Below, piece after piece: positions 20,507 through 29,348 of a DNA stretch of 64,000 nt (the first letter of the stretch is position 1; each line of letters starts with the position of its first letter). The notes under the pieces are model-generated. The model was not told where the DNA came from and did not search any database. It worked only from the letters and a program-made list of their open reading frames with translations. The position numbers were made by a program, and so were the translations under genes. This DNA comes from Desulfuromonadales bacterium (GTDB lineage Bacteria > Desulfobacterota > Desulfuromonadia > Desulfuromonadales > JACZKF01): the NCBI GenBank assembly GCA_029289095.1, contig JARFUG010000004.1:13250-77249 (forward strand), given 5' to 3'.

Positions 20507-22414
20507 CTATTCCCCGCAGGCCGGCAGCATCACGGTAAACTCCGACCCCTCGCCGACCCTGCTCTCCAGCCGGATCTCCCCTCCGTGCCGCTTTACGATG
20601 TTGTAGGAGATGGCAAGGCCAAGGCCGACTCCTCTGCCGACTTCCTTGGTCGTGAAGAACGGCTCCCAGATCCGATCGACAATGTTTTGCGCCATGCCGC
20701 ACCCGTCGTCGCGAATGACGATGGAGATCATTCCCTCGTCGATCTTTTTGGACGTCACTTCCACCGTGCCCGGCCCTTCGAAGGCTTGATGAGCGTTTAC
20801 CAGCAGATTCATGCAGACCTGGCGCAGCCCTGAAGGATCCCCCATCACGCCGGGGAGATTTTTCTCCAGGTTTGTCACAACCCTGATTCGCCTGTAGTTC
20901 GACTGGTATCTGACCAACTCGAGAATTTCCAGCAGCACTGCGTTCATGTCGACCTTGACGGCCAGCCCGTCGGACTTGCGCCCGAAGGTGAGCAGATTGC
21001 CGATAATCCCCTTGCAGCGATAGGACTCTCGGACAATGACCTCAAGATAATGGGGAAAGACATCGAGGCGCGGGTCCTCCTTCAGTGCGGATTCATCGCG
21101 AAAACGGCGCAAAAGCGCTTCGGCAAAACCGGCCACGGAGGTTAGGGGGTTGTTGATCTCGTGTGCAATGCCTGTTGCAAGGACGCCGATGCTCGACATC
21201 TTTTCCGTCTGGATCAGGTGCATCTCCTGGAGGCGCTTTTCCGAGACATCCCTGAAAAAGACGAGAGCCCTGTTCTTTTCTCCCAGGGCATCCTTGATGG
21301 GGGTGGCTGTGATATCCACATAACGGGTCTTGTGACCATCGGCGCGCACGACGAGAGAGGAATCGACCCGCTCTCCCCTGAGAGCTCTCTCGACGGGACA
21401 CTCCAGCGGTTTGGAAGCGCACTCCGGATGAAAGATCTCATGGCAGGGATTGCCGGACCGGGTCTCGGCGGGAAAGAGCTGGGGGCTGATGGCGTTGTGA
21501 TGCTGGATCAGGCCGCTGCTGTCGTAGACCGTGATGCCGTCTCCGATCGAATCGAAGATCGTCTGAAGCTCGTTCGTCTTGTTCCGAAGGTCGACTTCGG
21601 CCTGTTTGCGCTGGGTGATGTCCTGCGTCGTGCCGTAGAGCTTCACGACCTTGCCCGCCGTATTGACCGACGGCTCGACGATGGTGTAGACCCATTTCAG
21701 CGTGCCGTCGCCAAACAGGAGACGGTGCTCGATCTCGTAACTCCTGCCGTGCTCGACTCCCATCCGCAGATGGTCGATGACCATCGGGTGGTCCTCAGGG
21801 TGGACCACCCGAGCGAAAGCTTCCTGGGTCGTTTCTTCCGGTTGCAGCCGCATGATGCGCAGCAGTTCTTCAGAAGCCTTCACCTCGCCCGTCGCGGGAT
21901 TGAAGCTCCATGAACCCACATGCGTCATGGCCTGTGCTTTCGCCAGGTTGTACTCGCTCTCGGCCAGCGCCTTTTCAGCCCTGTTTTTCTCGGTGATGTC
22001 GACGAGAACGGCCAGACACTCCTCGCCCGATTCGGTCGCCATCGCCTCGATGCGCACATGCCGGGGACGCTCGGTCGCAAGCTGCAGCCTGCAGGTTTCC
22101 TTACCCTCCGACTGGAAAACGGTTCGAAGATAGTTGCCGAAAAGGAAGCGGTCCCGGTCGGCCACGCAATCCTCGAACCTGCGCCCGATCAGCGATTCGC
22201 GCTCCATCCCGAGAAGGCGGACACCGAAAAGGTTTACCGACTGGATGATCCCCTGCCGATCGATGGTGAAGTAGCCCACGGGGGCAAAATCATACAGCAA
22301 GGCAAATTTGTTGCGTGACGCTTCCAACTCCTGCCGTGAGCGGCGCAATTCTTCAATTTTGGATTCGAGTTCGCGCTGGTGGGCGCGTAGTTCACATTTG
22401 GCCTTGCTCGTCAT
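20507..22414 (-). CDS. Cytoplasmic multi-PAS sensor histidine kinase (NtrB-like HisKA + HATPase)
   Basis: Coiled-coil N-terminus, three PAS-like regions, H-box GIAHEINNPLTS, and N/G boxes (LLVNAHQA, DDGCGM, GVGLGL). ATG at 22414 has GGAG upstream. An alternative GTG at 22438 overlaps the VWA stop. Confidence 0.9.
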   Translation of the reverse strand: MTSKAKCELRAHQRELESKIEELRRSRQELEASRNKFALLYDFAPVGYFTIDRQGIIQSVNLFGVRLLGMERESLIGRRFEDCVADRDRFLFGNYLRTVFQSEGKETCRLQLATERPRHVRIEAMATESGEECLAVLVDITEKNRAEKALAESEYNLAKAQAMTHVGSWSFNPATGEVKASEELLRIMRLQPEETTQEAFARVVHPEDHPMVIDHLRMGVEHGRSYEIEHRLLFGDGTLKWVYTIVEPSVNTAGKVVKLYGTTQDITQRKQAEVDLRNKTNELQTIFDSIGDGITVYDSSGLIQHHNAISPQLFPAETRSGNPCHEIFHPECASKPLECPVERALRGERVDSSLVVRADGHKTRYVDITATPIKDALGEKNRALVFFRDVSEKRLQEMHLIQTEKMSSIGVLATGIAHEINNPLTSVAGFAEALLRRFRDESALKEDPRLDVFPHYLEVIVRESYRCKGIIGNLLTFGRKSDGLAVKVDMNAVLLEILELVRYQSNYRRIRVVTNLEKNLPGVMGDPSGLRQVCMNLLVNAHQAFEGPGTVEVTSKKIDEGMISIVIRDDGCGMAQNIVDRIWEPFFTTKEVGRGVGLGLAISYNIVKRHGGEIRLESRVGEGSEFTVMLPACGE

Positions 22415-22434
22415 GCTCACTCCGCTCCGACCTG

Positions 22435-23823
22435 TCACCAGTGCGTACGCCCTTCAGGATCAAGGGCAGGCGCCGCCCCCCCGCCACCGCGCGTGTAGTA
22501 CTCGCGGTAATCGTATGCCTCTTCTTGTTCAACCTTCTTCACCGATCTCATCGACCGGTGCTCCTCCTCGAGATAGATACTGCGGAAAAGGTCTTCGACA
22601 ATCGCGTTCAGCTCCTCGACACTTTTGACGACTTCCACCCTGTCGCACCAGGCGCCGTAAGTCTCGATCACGCAATCGCCCCTCTTCCACAACGAGCGCT
22701 CTTCAGGCGTCAGCCAGAGCATGTATCCTGCCTTGTCTCTCACCTGTTCAAGCACCCAGTCGTTGGTCTTCCCGTAGTTGTTGCGGGCATCGCCGAGGAA
22801 GATGACTGCCGGTCTGCCGCGCAGGTTCTCGAGATACTTCTCCTTGAATTTCAGCAGGACCTTTCCGTAGTCGCTGTTGTCGTCGAGGTTGACGATCTTT
22901 CCGCCGTCGATCTCCTTCATCATCGCGTTGATCGGGGAGTTGGAGAGCATTTCGGTGATCTCCGCCAGTTCCGCGTTGAAAATGAAGCTCCTTACATCCA
23001 TCATCCGATTGTGCAGCGTGTGCAGCAGAAGGAGCATGAACTTCGAAGCGTGGCTGACGGAGAAGCTCACGTCGCACAGAACGACGAGACGCGGCTTCTG
23101 CTTGCGTTTGCGGCGCAGTTCGAGCAGAAAGGGCACCATGCCGTTGCGGTAGTTCTTCTGAATCGTGCGGATCACGTGGATCTTGCCGCGGTTCTCGCGG
23201 TTCTTAACCCGCCGGATATCCTTCTTCAGACGCAGGAGCATGCGCGTCACCGCATCCTGCATCGCATCGAGTTCCTGCTGGGAGAAGGTGACGTCGCGCT
23301 TCTGCCCGGCGGAATCCTTGAACGCCATGGTGACGGGATTTTGCGGCATCCGCATCGAGGGCCTGGGCGCCTCCATCGCCCCCTGGTAGTCCTTGAGCTT
23401 TATCTCGATTTCCGAGCCATCGAGCTGATCCAGATCCGTTTCCTTGAGGCTCTGAAGATCCTTCAGATCATTGGGGCTCAGGCCGGCATCGACCCCCGCC
23501 AGCGACATGTTGTCGTTGATCATCTCAGGATTGGTGCCGAGCATCTCCCCTTCCATGCTGATGATCGCTTCTTTCAACAAATCGTCTGGATCAATTCCCA
23601 TGCCGGCAGGGGCTGCGCTGAAGAAGCGATTGAACACTTTCTCGAAGATTGGAATGTCATGAACATTTTTCACCAGCGTCAAACGCAGCAGACTGCTCAC
23701 CTGGCCGCGCCCTTCAAGCCCGCCGTAAGCCAGGGCGCAAACGGCATCGAGGCTCTCCCCCGGAGAGACCCGCAGACCTTCCTTTCTCAGTTCAGCCACA
23801 AAACGCGTGATGACGGTTTCCAT
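22435..23823 (-). CDS. VWA domain protein (CoxE-like)
   Basis: 462 aa. N-terminus FVAELRKEGLRVSPGESLDA and C-terminal VWA block LVVLCDVSFSVS are typical of CoxE-type partners of MoxR ATPases. Confidence 0.85.
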   Translation of the reverse strand: METVITRFVAELRKEGLRVSPGESLDAVCALAYGGLEGRGQVSSLLRLTLVKNVHDIPIFEKVFNRFFSAAPAGMGIDPDDLLKEAIISMEGEMLGTNPEMINDNMSLAGVDAGLSPNDLKDLQSLKETDLDQLDGSEIEIKLKDYQGAMEAPRPSMRMPQNPVTMAFKDSAGQKRDVTFSQQELDAMQDAVTRMLLRLKKDIRRVKNRENRGKIHVIRTIQKNYRNGMVPFLLELRRKRKQKPRLVVLCDVSFSVSHASKFMLLLLHTLHNRMMDVRSFIFNAELAEITEMLSNSPINAMMKEIDGGKIVNLDDNSDYGKVLLKFKEKYLENLRGRPAVIFLGDARNNYGKTNDWVLEQVRDKAGYMLWLTPEERSLWKRGDCVIETYGAWCDRVEVVKSVEELNAIVEDLFRSIYLEEEHRSMRSVKKVEQEEAYDYREYYTRGGGGAAPALDPEGRTHW

Positions 23824-23827
23824 GCGA

Positions 23828-24727
23828 CTAACCCAGTTCCGCCGCCGCCAGTTCTGTCACCTGTTTCAGGTCGGCCTGGTGCTTGGAGATCACACCGACG
23901 GTATTGGCGACCACCTCCGGCGTCAGATTCGTCACGTGCAGGATGGAGAGGACCTCTGCCCAGTCGAGGGTTTCCGATACGCTGGGAGGCTTGCGCAGGT
24001 TGAGTTCACGAACCTTGCGAAGAAAGCCGACCATCTGCTGGGCGAGTTCATCGCAAAGGTCGGGGAACCGGGCGCGAACGATCATCACCTCACGCTCCAT
24101 TTCCGGATAATCGATATAGAGATAGAGGCAGCGGCGCCGAAGGGCGTCAGAGATCATTCGAGTCCCATTGCTGGTGAGGATCGCAAGAGGCTTGTTGTTA
24201 GCTTCGAGTACGCCGAGTTCGGGAATCGAGACCTGAAAATCGCTCAGGCACTCCAGGAGCAGCGCCTCGAATTCGTCATCGGAGCGGTCGATTTCGTCGA
24301 TCAGCAGCACGGACCGTTTCTCCGAAAGGAAGCTGCGCAGCACCGGGCGCTGCACCAGAAAATTCTTCGAAAAAAAGAGGCTCTCCTCGCTTGCCAGACG
24401 ATCGACGGCCTCCCGCAGGTCGGAGGCGCCGCAAAGCTGATTGTCTAGCTGCGTACGCAGCATCTGGGTATAGAGAAGCTGCTTGCCGTACTCCCAATCA
24501 TAGAGAGCCTTGCCTTCGTCTATCCCTTCATAGCACTGCAAGCGCACCAGAGGGAAATCCATGACTTGCGAGAGAGTCTTTGCCAGACCAGTTTTGCCGA
24601 CGCCGGGAGGACCCTCGATCAGGATCGGCTTTTCCATCCGCAGTGCCAGGAAAACCGCCGTAGCAATAGCCTCATCGGCAATGTAGCCCCCGGAGCGGAG
24701 AAGTTCTTTGACTTTGTTTTCGGTCAT
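23828..24727 (-). CDS. MoxR-family AAA+ ATPase (CoxD-like)
   Basis: 299 aa. Walker A ILIEGPPGVGKTGLAK, Walker B VLLIDEIDR, MoxR-type length. Confidence 0.9.
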   Translation of the reverse strand: MTENKVKELLRSGGYIADEAIATAVFLALRMEKPILIEGPPGVGKTGLAKTLSQVMDFPLVRLQCYEGIDEGKALYDWEYGKQLLYTQMLRTQLDNQLCGASDLREAVDRLASEESLFFSKNFLVQRPVLRSFLSEKRSVLLIDEIDRSDDEFEALLLECLSDFQVSIPELGVLEANNKPLAILTSNGTRMISDALRRRCLYLYIDYPEMEREVMIVRARFPDLCDELAQQMVGFLRKVRELNLRKPPSVSETLDWAEVLSILHVTNLTPEVVANTVGVISKHQADLKQVTELAAAELG

Positions 24728-24743
24728 ATGAAAACCTCGTGAT

Positions 24744-24822
24744 GGGTGAGGCGTCAGGAGTGAGGAGAAAAACCTTATTGGTGAAGAGAAAAGCTGTCTC
24801 CTTACTTCTCACTCCTCACCCG
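24744..24822. repeat. Heptamer-built hairpin (GAGGAGT type)
   Basis: gggtgaggcgtcaggagtgaggag ... ctccttacttctcactcctcaccc. Contains a 22-nt block identical (reverse orientation) to 30983..31004. Confidence 0.75.
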
Positions 24823-24823
24823 G

Positions 24824-24864
24824 AAAAAAGCTGGCCCCGGAAATGAACAACTCTCCGGGGCCGG
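24824..24864 (-). terminator. Rho-independent terminator of the alcohol dehydrogenase gene
   Basis: Minus strand gccggccccggagagttgttcatttccggggccagctttttt. Stem GGCCCCGG/CCGGGGCC followed by a T-run. Confidence 0.65.
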
Positions 24865-24889
24865 CAATCGTTACCTCACATTACGGTGA

Positions 24890-26095
24890 CTACATGCAGC
24901 CCTTGAAGACGGCGCGCATATTGTCGAAGCCGATGTCCACGGGATTACCTTCGGAGCAGATGTCGGCGGCGGCGAACTTGGCCAGACCGTCGAGGTCCTT
25001 TTCCTGCAGGCCGAGGTCGGCGAATTTGGTGGTGATCCCGAGATCGTCCTTGAGCTCCTGGATCATGTCGATGAACAACTCGCCGGCCTTGATGTCGGAA
25101 ATATTTCGCGTGTCGATTCCGGCGGCGCGGGCCATCATGGCGAAGCGCTCGGGGCACGCCGGCAGATTGAGGCGGCAGACGTCGACCAGGGCGATGGCGT
25201 TGCACAGGCCGTGGGGAGAGTCGTAAAGACCGCCCATGGCGTGGGCCATCGAGTGGACGATGCCGAGACCGGCGCTGTTGAAACTGTAGGCGGCCGCCAT
25301 CTCGGCCCAGACCATCTGCTCGATGGCCTTGTCGTTGTTGCGGTTGCTCGCAGACTGACGCAGGTTGGCGAAGATCTCGGTGATCGCCCAGAGGCCGGGG
25401 CCGTAAGCCGACTGCACGCACAGGCGCGATGCGATCGCTTCGACGGCGTGGGTCAGGGCGTCCATCCCGGTGTAGGCGGCGAGATCGCTCGGCATGCACT
25501 GGTGGAGCAGGGGGTCGTTGACCGACTTGCTCGGTGTGCAATTGGGATCGAAAAGGGCCATCTTGTACATCTTCTCGGTGTGGTTGATGATCGAGAAGCA
25601 CGAAATCTCCGAACCGGTTCCCGAGGTGGTGTTGATGGCGAGTTGGGGGATCTTGTTCTTCTTCGTTGCCTTAAAGGCGCCTTCGAAGGAGCGGACATCC
25701 TGTCCGTCGTGGCTGTAGACGAGCTTGATCGCCTTGGCGCAGTCGGTGGTGCTGCCGCCCCCGATGCTGATGATGCCGTCGAATTTTCCGGAGGCCAGGA
25801 CCTTGGCCCCTTCCATGACTTCATAGTCTTTGGGGTTGGGCGTTGCCTTGTCGAACACCTCGGAAGCCACCCCTGCGTGCTTCAGAACCCCCTGGATCGC
25901 CTCGATAATGCCGGTCCCCTTCAGGCCGGTGGTGACGATCAGGGCATTGGTCATCCCCAGCGCCTTGGCGTCGTTGCCGACCATCGTGTGAGCACCCCAG
26001 CCGATATTGACTGAAGGATAGGCGTGCTGCATCCGGATAGGGTATTCCTGCCTTTCGAGCTTGAGGGTCCGTTTTGCGTCTCTGAAATGTGGCAT
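24890..26095 (-). CDS. Iron-containing (group III) alcohol dehydrogenase
   Basis: 401 aa. GGGSTTDCAKA and metal-binding His blocks (DALTHAVEA, VHSMAHAMGG). Strong RBS GAAGGAGG before the ATG at 26095, giving a ~21-aa N-terminal extension relative to typical family members. Confidence 0.93.
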   Translation of the reverse strand: MPHFRDAKRTLKLERQEYPIRMQHAYPSVNIGWGAHTMVGNDAKALGMTNALIVTTGLKGTGIIEAIQGVLKHAGVASEVFDKATPNPKDYEVMEGAKVLASGKFDGIISIGGGSTTDCAKAIKLVYSHDGQDVRSFEGAFKATKKNKIPQLAINTTSGTGSEISCFSIINHTEKMYKMALFDPNCTPSKSVNDPLLHQCMPSDLAAYTGMDALTHAVEAIASRLCVQSAYGPGLWAITEIFANLRQSASNRNNDKAIEQMVWAEMAAAYSFNSAGLGIVHSMAHAMGGLYDSPHGLCNAIALVDVCRLNLPACPERFAMMARAAGIDTRNISDIKAGELFIDMIQELKDDLGITTKFADLGLQEKDLDGLAKFAAADICSEGNPVDIGFDNMRAVFKGCM

Positions 26096-26284
26096 CTGTA
26101 CTTACCTCCTTCTGTGTGGGTGCTTTGGGTTGGATTGCACTTGCATCGACCATCGGGCGCCAGAACTAGCCTTCGTTTCCGACCACCACCTCCTTGCAAC
26201 AATGTTTTAAGCAGCCCCTTCAGTCGTAGAAGAATGAATTCCTGAAATGACCGCGCCTTTCTTCACATCGTGTCAACGGATAGA

Positions 26285-26299
26285 GCAAGGAGAGTGCCA
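26285..26299 (-). promoter_or_regulatory. Sigma-54 (-24/-12) promoter of the alcohol dehydrogenase gene
   Basis: Minus strand TTCTTGGCACTCTCCTTGCTCT, an exact TGGCAC-N5-TTGC. It shares the 11-nt TTCTTGGCACT with the mftA promoter. About 190 nt upstream of the ATG. Confidence 0.75.
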
Positions 26300-26418
26300 A
26301 GAAAGGAACCTTGGCTATAACGCTATTTTAGGCCATGCGAATGGAGGGACCGCAGGTGGACGGAGGCAGGACGGGGAATTCTGTAACAGTTTTATAAACT
26401 CAAAGCCGTAGAGGAGGT

Positions 26419-26441
26419 ATGGAGATTGTCTACAGTGGGGA
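26419..26441. promoter_or_regulatory. Candidate enhancer (UAS) motif shared with the mftA promoter
   Basis: ATGGAGATTgtctaCAGTGGGGA, 120-140 bp upstream of the sigma-54 promoter. Same two 9-mers as 19829..19868. Confidence 0.35.
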
Positions 26442-26454
26442 ATAAGGAATCAGG

Positions 26455-26628
26455 GCAATTTGAATTTTTGAATTCAGAGATTTGAATTTAAAGGCAAGAA
26501 CCCCCGTCCCGTAGCGCTGCACAGACAAGAGCCGATCGTGGTTGATGGCGCCGAAAGGTTGGATTTCCAGGTGATTTGCTTTTGCTCCAACAATTCAAAT
26601 TTAAAAAATCACAATTCAAAATTGCCTT
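26455..26628. repeat. Pair of inverted TTGAAT-type heptamer tracts flanking a ~95-bp spacer
   Basis: ggcaatttgaatttttgaattcagagatttgaattt (26455-26492) and caattcaaatttaaaaaatcacaattcaaaattgcc (26591-26627) are imperfect reverse complements. They sit just downstream of the ALDH stop. Confidence 0.65.
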
Positions 26629-26629
26629 A

Positions 26630-28120
26630 TTACACGTCCACCTGCGCCCGCTGGAGGCGTCCGCTGAAGTCGCGGTAGACGGTTTTGATGCGGGTGTAGA
26701 AATCGATAGCTCCCATGCGACCGCCGCATTCGGGATGCCCCGATCCCGAATGCCGATAGCCTCCGAAAGGCAACTGAATTTCGGCGCCGATGGTGCTGGC
26801 GTTGATGTAGACCAGGCCGGTGTCGAGCTCTCTTTCGGCACGGGCGCTGAGATTGACGTCGCGGGTGTAAATGGCGGATGAAAGGCCGTAATGGCTGTCA
26901 TTGACGATCTGCACTCCTTCCTCAAAGGAAGAGCAGCGAAGCAACGACACCACTGGGCCGAAAATTTCTTCGCGGGCGATGCGCATCTGCGGCTCAACTT
27001 CGGAAAAGAGTGTCGGTGCGATGAAATATCCATGCTCAAGCTCGCCTTCGGTTACCTGCATTCCTCCGGTATGCAGCTTCGCCCCCTCCTCCTCGCCGAT
27101 ACGGATATATTCAAGGACCTTTTTCACGGCGGGCTCGTTGATGACTGGTCCGATCTTCGTCTCCTCCTCCAGGCCGTCGCCGAGCCGCAGGGGCGCGATG
27201 GCCGCTAGGAGCATCTCGAGAAATCGGTCGTGCACATCCTGGTGGACGATGACTCGGCTCGAGGCGGTACAGCGTTGCCCCGAGGTGCCGAATCCGCCCC
27301 AGAGAACCCCTTCCACCGCGAGATCCAGGTCGGCGTCGGGCATGATGAGGATGGCGTTCTTTCCCCCCATCTCCACGGCGATGGGGCGGTGAAGCTCGGC
27401 CGCCTTGCGTTCGAGCGCCTCACCGACAGGGCTGGAACCGGTGAAGGAAATCCCTGCCACATCAGGATGGAGGGCGAGCGGCTCGCCGACCGCCCTCCCC
27501 TCCCCCATGACGAGATTCAGAACGCCCGCAGGAAGGCCGGCTTCTTCGAGAATCTCCACCAGGCGCACGGCGCACAGGGGGGAATCGGAGGAAGGTTTGA
27601 GGACAGCGGTGTTGCCGCAGATCAGTGCGGTGAAGACCTTCCACACCGGAATGGCGACAGGAAAATTCCAGGGAGTGATGAGGGCGAAGACCCCGTGGGG
27701 AACGCGGATCGACCTGGCATCCTTGTTCGGCAGCTCGGCCGGGACGACCTCGCTCACCAGACGGCGCCCCTCTCCGGCCATGTAGTAGGCGAAATCGATC
27801 GCCTCCTGCACGTCCCCCTTCCCTTCCGGGAGGACTTTCCCCATCTCCCGGGTGACGAGCCGGCCGAGTTCGTCTTTGCGGCCCCGGAGGGCTTCCGCCG
27901 CCTTGAACAGAATCTCCCCCCGCCGCGGGGCGGGCGTCAGGCGCCAGGGGTCATAGGCCTTTTTCGCAGCGGCGACGGCCCGATCAACATCCTCCCGAGC
28001 CGAGAGAGGAAAACGGGCGACCACATCGGAGATCCGCGCAGGATTAATGCTTTCGCCGTATTCGCCGGTGGAGGGCTCCACCCATTCGCCGCCGATGAAA
28101 TTCCTCAGCAATTCCGCCAT
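26630..28120 (-). CDS. NAD(P)-dependent aldehyde dehydrogenase
   Basis: 496 aa. FIGGEWV N-terminus, catalytic-region blocks [10 protein letters not shown] and [28 protein letters not shown]. Confidence 0.93.
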   Translation of the reverse strand: MAELLRNFIGGEWVEPSTGEYGESINPARISDVVARFPLSAREDVDRAVAAAKKAYDPWRLTPAPRRGEILFKAAEALRGRKDELGRLVTREMGKVLPEGKGDVQEAIDFAYYMAGEGRRLVSEVVPAELPNKDARSIRVPHGVFALITPWNFPVAIPVWKVFTALICGNTAVLKPSSDSPLCAVRLVEILEEAGLPAGVLNLVMGEGRAVGEPLALHPDVAGISFTGSSPVGEALERKAAELHRPIAVEMGGKNAILIMPDADLDLAVEGVLWGGFGTSGQRCTASSRVIVHQDVHDRFLEMLLAAIAPLRLGDGLEEETKIGPVINEPAVKKVLEYIRIGEEEGAKLHTGGMQVTEGELEHGYFIAPTLFSEVEPQMRIAREEIFGPVVSLLRCSSFEEGVQIVNDSHYGLSSAIYTRDVNLSARAERELDTGLVYINASTIGAEIQLPFGGYRHSGSGHPECGGRMGAIDFYTRIKTVYRDFSGRLQRAQVDV

Positions 28121-28304
28121 GATCGCCTCCTCTTCCTTGTGGTTTCACCATTTAAGAATATCAGGAGGCGCCTGCGGCGCAATGCTGCGGATTAAGAGAA
28201 AGCCCTTGTTCCGAGAGTGGCGGAGGTGATATAAATCAGGCTCTCCCTGACAATCAGATCTACAGGGACGGAGGGAGACTTTCACCGCCCGTTCGCTCCG
28301 CTCA

Positions 28305-28397
28305 CTCAAGGCGCAAAGTCCGCAAAGAAGAACCTCAGAACTTAGAAGGTTTTCTTTGCGCTCTTCGCGCCTTTGCGGTGAAACGGTTTTTTTCTCA
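28305..28397. repeat. Long imperfect hairpin ending GGTGAAAC + T-run, homologous to 59395..59478
   Basis: ggcgcaaagtccgcaaagaagaacc-loop-ggttttctttgcgctcttcgcgcc, then tttgcGGTGAAACggttttttt. Lies in the divergent ALDH/lpxA intergenic region. Confidence 0.6.
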
Positions 28398-28434
28398 TCA
28401 CCCGCTTTTCAGATCTTTATCCGCAGGAGACCGT

Positions 28435-29226
28435 ATGCCCGAAATTCACCCCAGCGCCTATGTCCACCCCTCGGCCCGCCTAGCCGACGACGTCGTCGTC
28501 GGCCCCAACGCCTTCATCGATGCCGACGTCACCATCGGCAAAGGGACCCGCATCGATCACGGCGCCCATGTCGCGCGCTGGACGACTCTCGGAGAGAACA
28601 ACCGTCTTTACCCGGGCGCGGTCGTCGGCCATGAACCGCAGGACATCGGCTACAAGGGGGAGGAGGCCTACACCGTCATCGGCAACGGCAACATCATCCG
28701 GGAGGGGGTGACGATCCACCGTGGCAATCGTGCCGGAACGACGACGAGCGTCGGCAACAACAATTTCCTCATGGTCAACAGCCACATCGGGCACAACTGC
28801 ATCGTCGGGAACAACGTCATCCTCGTCAACGGCTGCCTGCTCGCAGGGCACGTCGAGATCGGCGACCGAGCGATCATTTCCGGCAATTGCATGATTCACC
28901 AGTTCGTGCGCATCGGCTCGTTCGCCATGATGCGCGGCGGCTCCGGCGCCACCAAGGACGTTCCCCCCTTCTGCATCAACGACGGGCTGAGCTGGATCCG
29001 CGCCATCAACGCCGTCGGTCTCAAGCGCAACGGCTTCGACGCCTGCCGCGTCCGCGCCATCAAGGAAGCCTTCAAAGTCATCTTCCGGGCTGAACTCCCC
29101 TTGAAAGAAGCCCTGGCGAAGGTAGAGAGCGAACTCGACGTCACCGATGACGTCAAAAAGATGCTCGACTTCATCCGCGCCAGCAAACGCGGCATCGGCA
29201 ACGGACGAGGGTCGAATCGGGAGTAG
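28435..29226 (+). CDS. lpxA: Acyl-ACP:UDP-N-acetylglucosamine O-acyltransferase
   Basis: ATG at 28435 (MPEIHPSAYVHPSARLADDVVVGPNAFI). Hexapeptide-repeat left-handed beta-helix plus the LpxA C-terminal helical domain. No other lpx/fabZ genes adjacent. Confidence 0.88.
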   Translation: MPEIHPSAYVHPSARLADDVVVGPNAFIDADVTIGKGTRIDHGAHVARWTTLGENNRLYPGAVVGHEPQDIGYKGEEAYTVIGNGNIIREGVTIHRGNRAGTTTSVGNNNFLMVNSHIGHNCIVGNNVILVNGCLLAGHVEIGDRAIISGNCMIHQFVRIGSFAMMRGGSGATKDVPPFCINDGLSWIRAINAVGLKRNGFDACRVRAIKEAFKVIFRAELPLKEALAKVESELDVTDDVKKMLDFIRASKRGIGNGRGSNRE

Positions 29227-29267
29227 ATTCTCAGCTTCGATTTTGCTTCCCTGAAACCTTGACGAAA

Positions 29268-29308
29268 ACGACGCGGCCATCTCCTCGGGCGAGAGATGGC
29301 CGCGTCGT
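29268..29308. terminator. 16-bp GC-rich hairpin between convergent lpxA and the DUF5996-like gene
   Basis: acgacgcggccatctc ctcgggcga gagatggccgcgtcgt. The A-run on the + side gives a U-run for the minus-strand transcript. Confidence 0.55.
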
Positions 29309-29348
29309 CCGCCTTGCCCCTGCCGTCCTTCTGGCATTTCATCATTGT

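Noticed and set aside
7505-28120. mftD (FMN alpha-hydroxy-acid-oxidase-like), mftE (creatininase-like), mftR (TetR) or mftG (GMC) genes near the mft locus
   Set aside because: None of the ORFs in or around the cluster, or anywhere in the window, has the size or motifs of these families. This is recorded as an absence within the window only, not for the genome.
28121-28434. A third sigma-54 promoter or shared enhancer motif upstream of the aldehyde dehydrogenase, and likewise upstream of AOR (11074-11222)
   Set aside because: No GCAA-N5-GTGCCA pattern and no copy of the ATGGAGATT / CAGTGGGGA blocks was found by eye in either region.
28435-29226. An isolated lpxA without fabZ/lpxD/lpxB neighbours as a possible paralogue or transfer
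   Set aside because: This cannot be judged from one window. The sequence looks like a standard LpxA, and its composition matches the surroundings.
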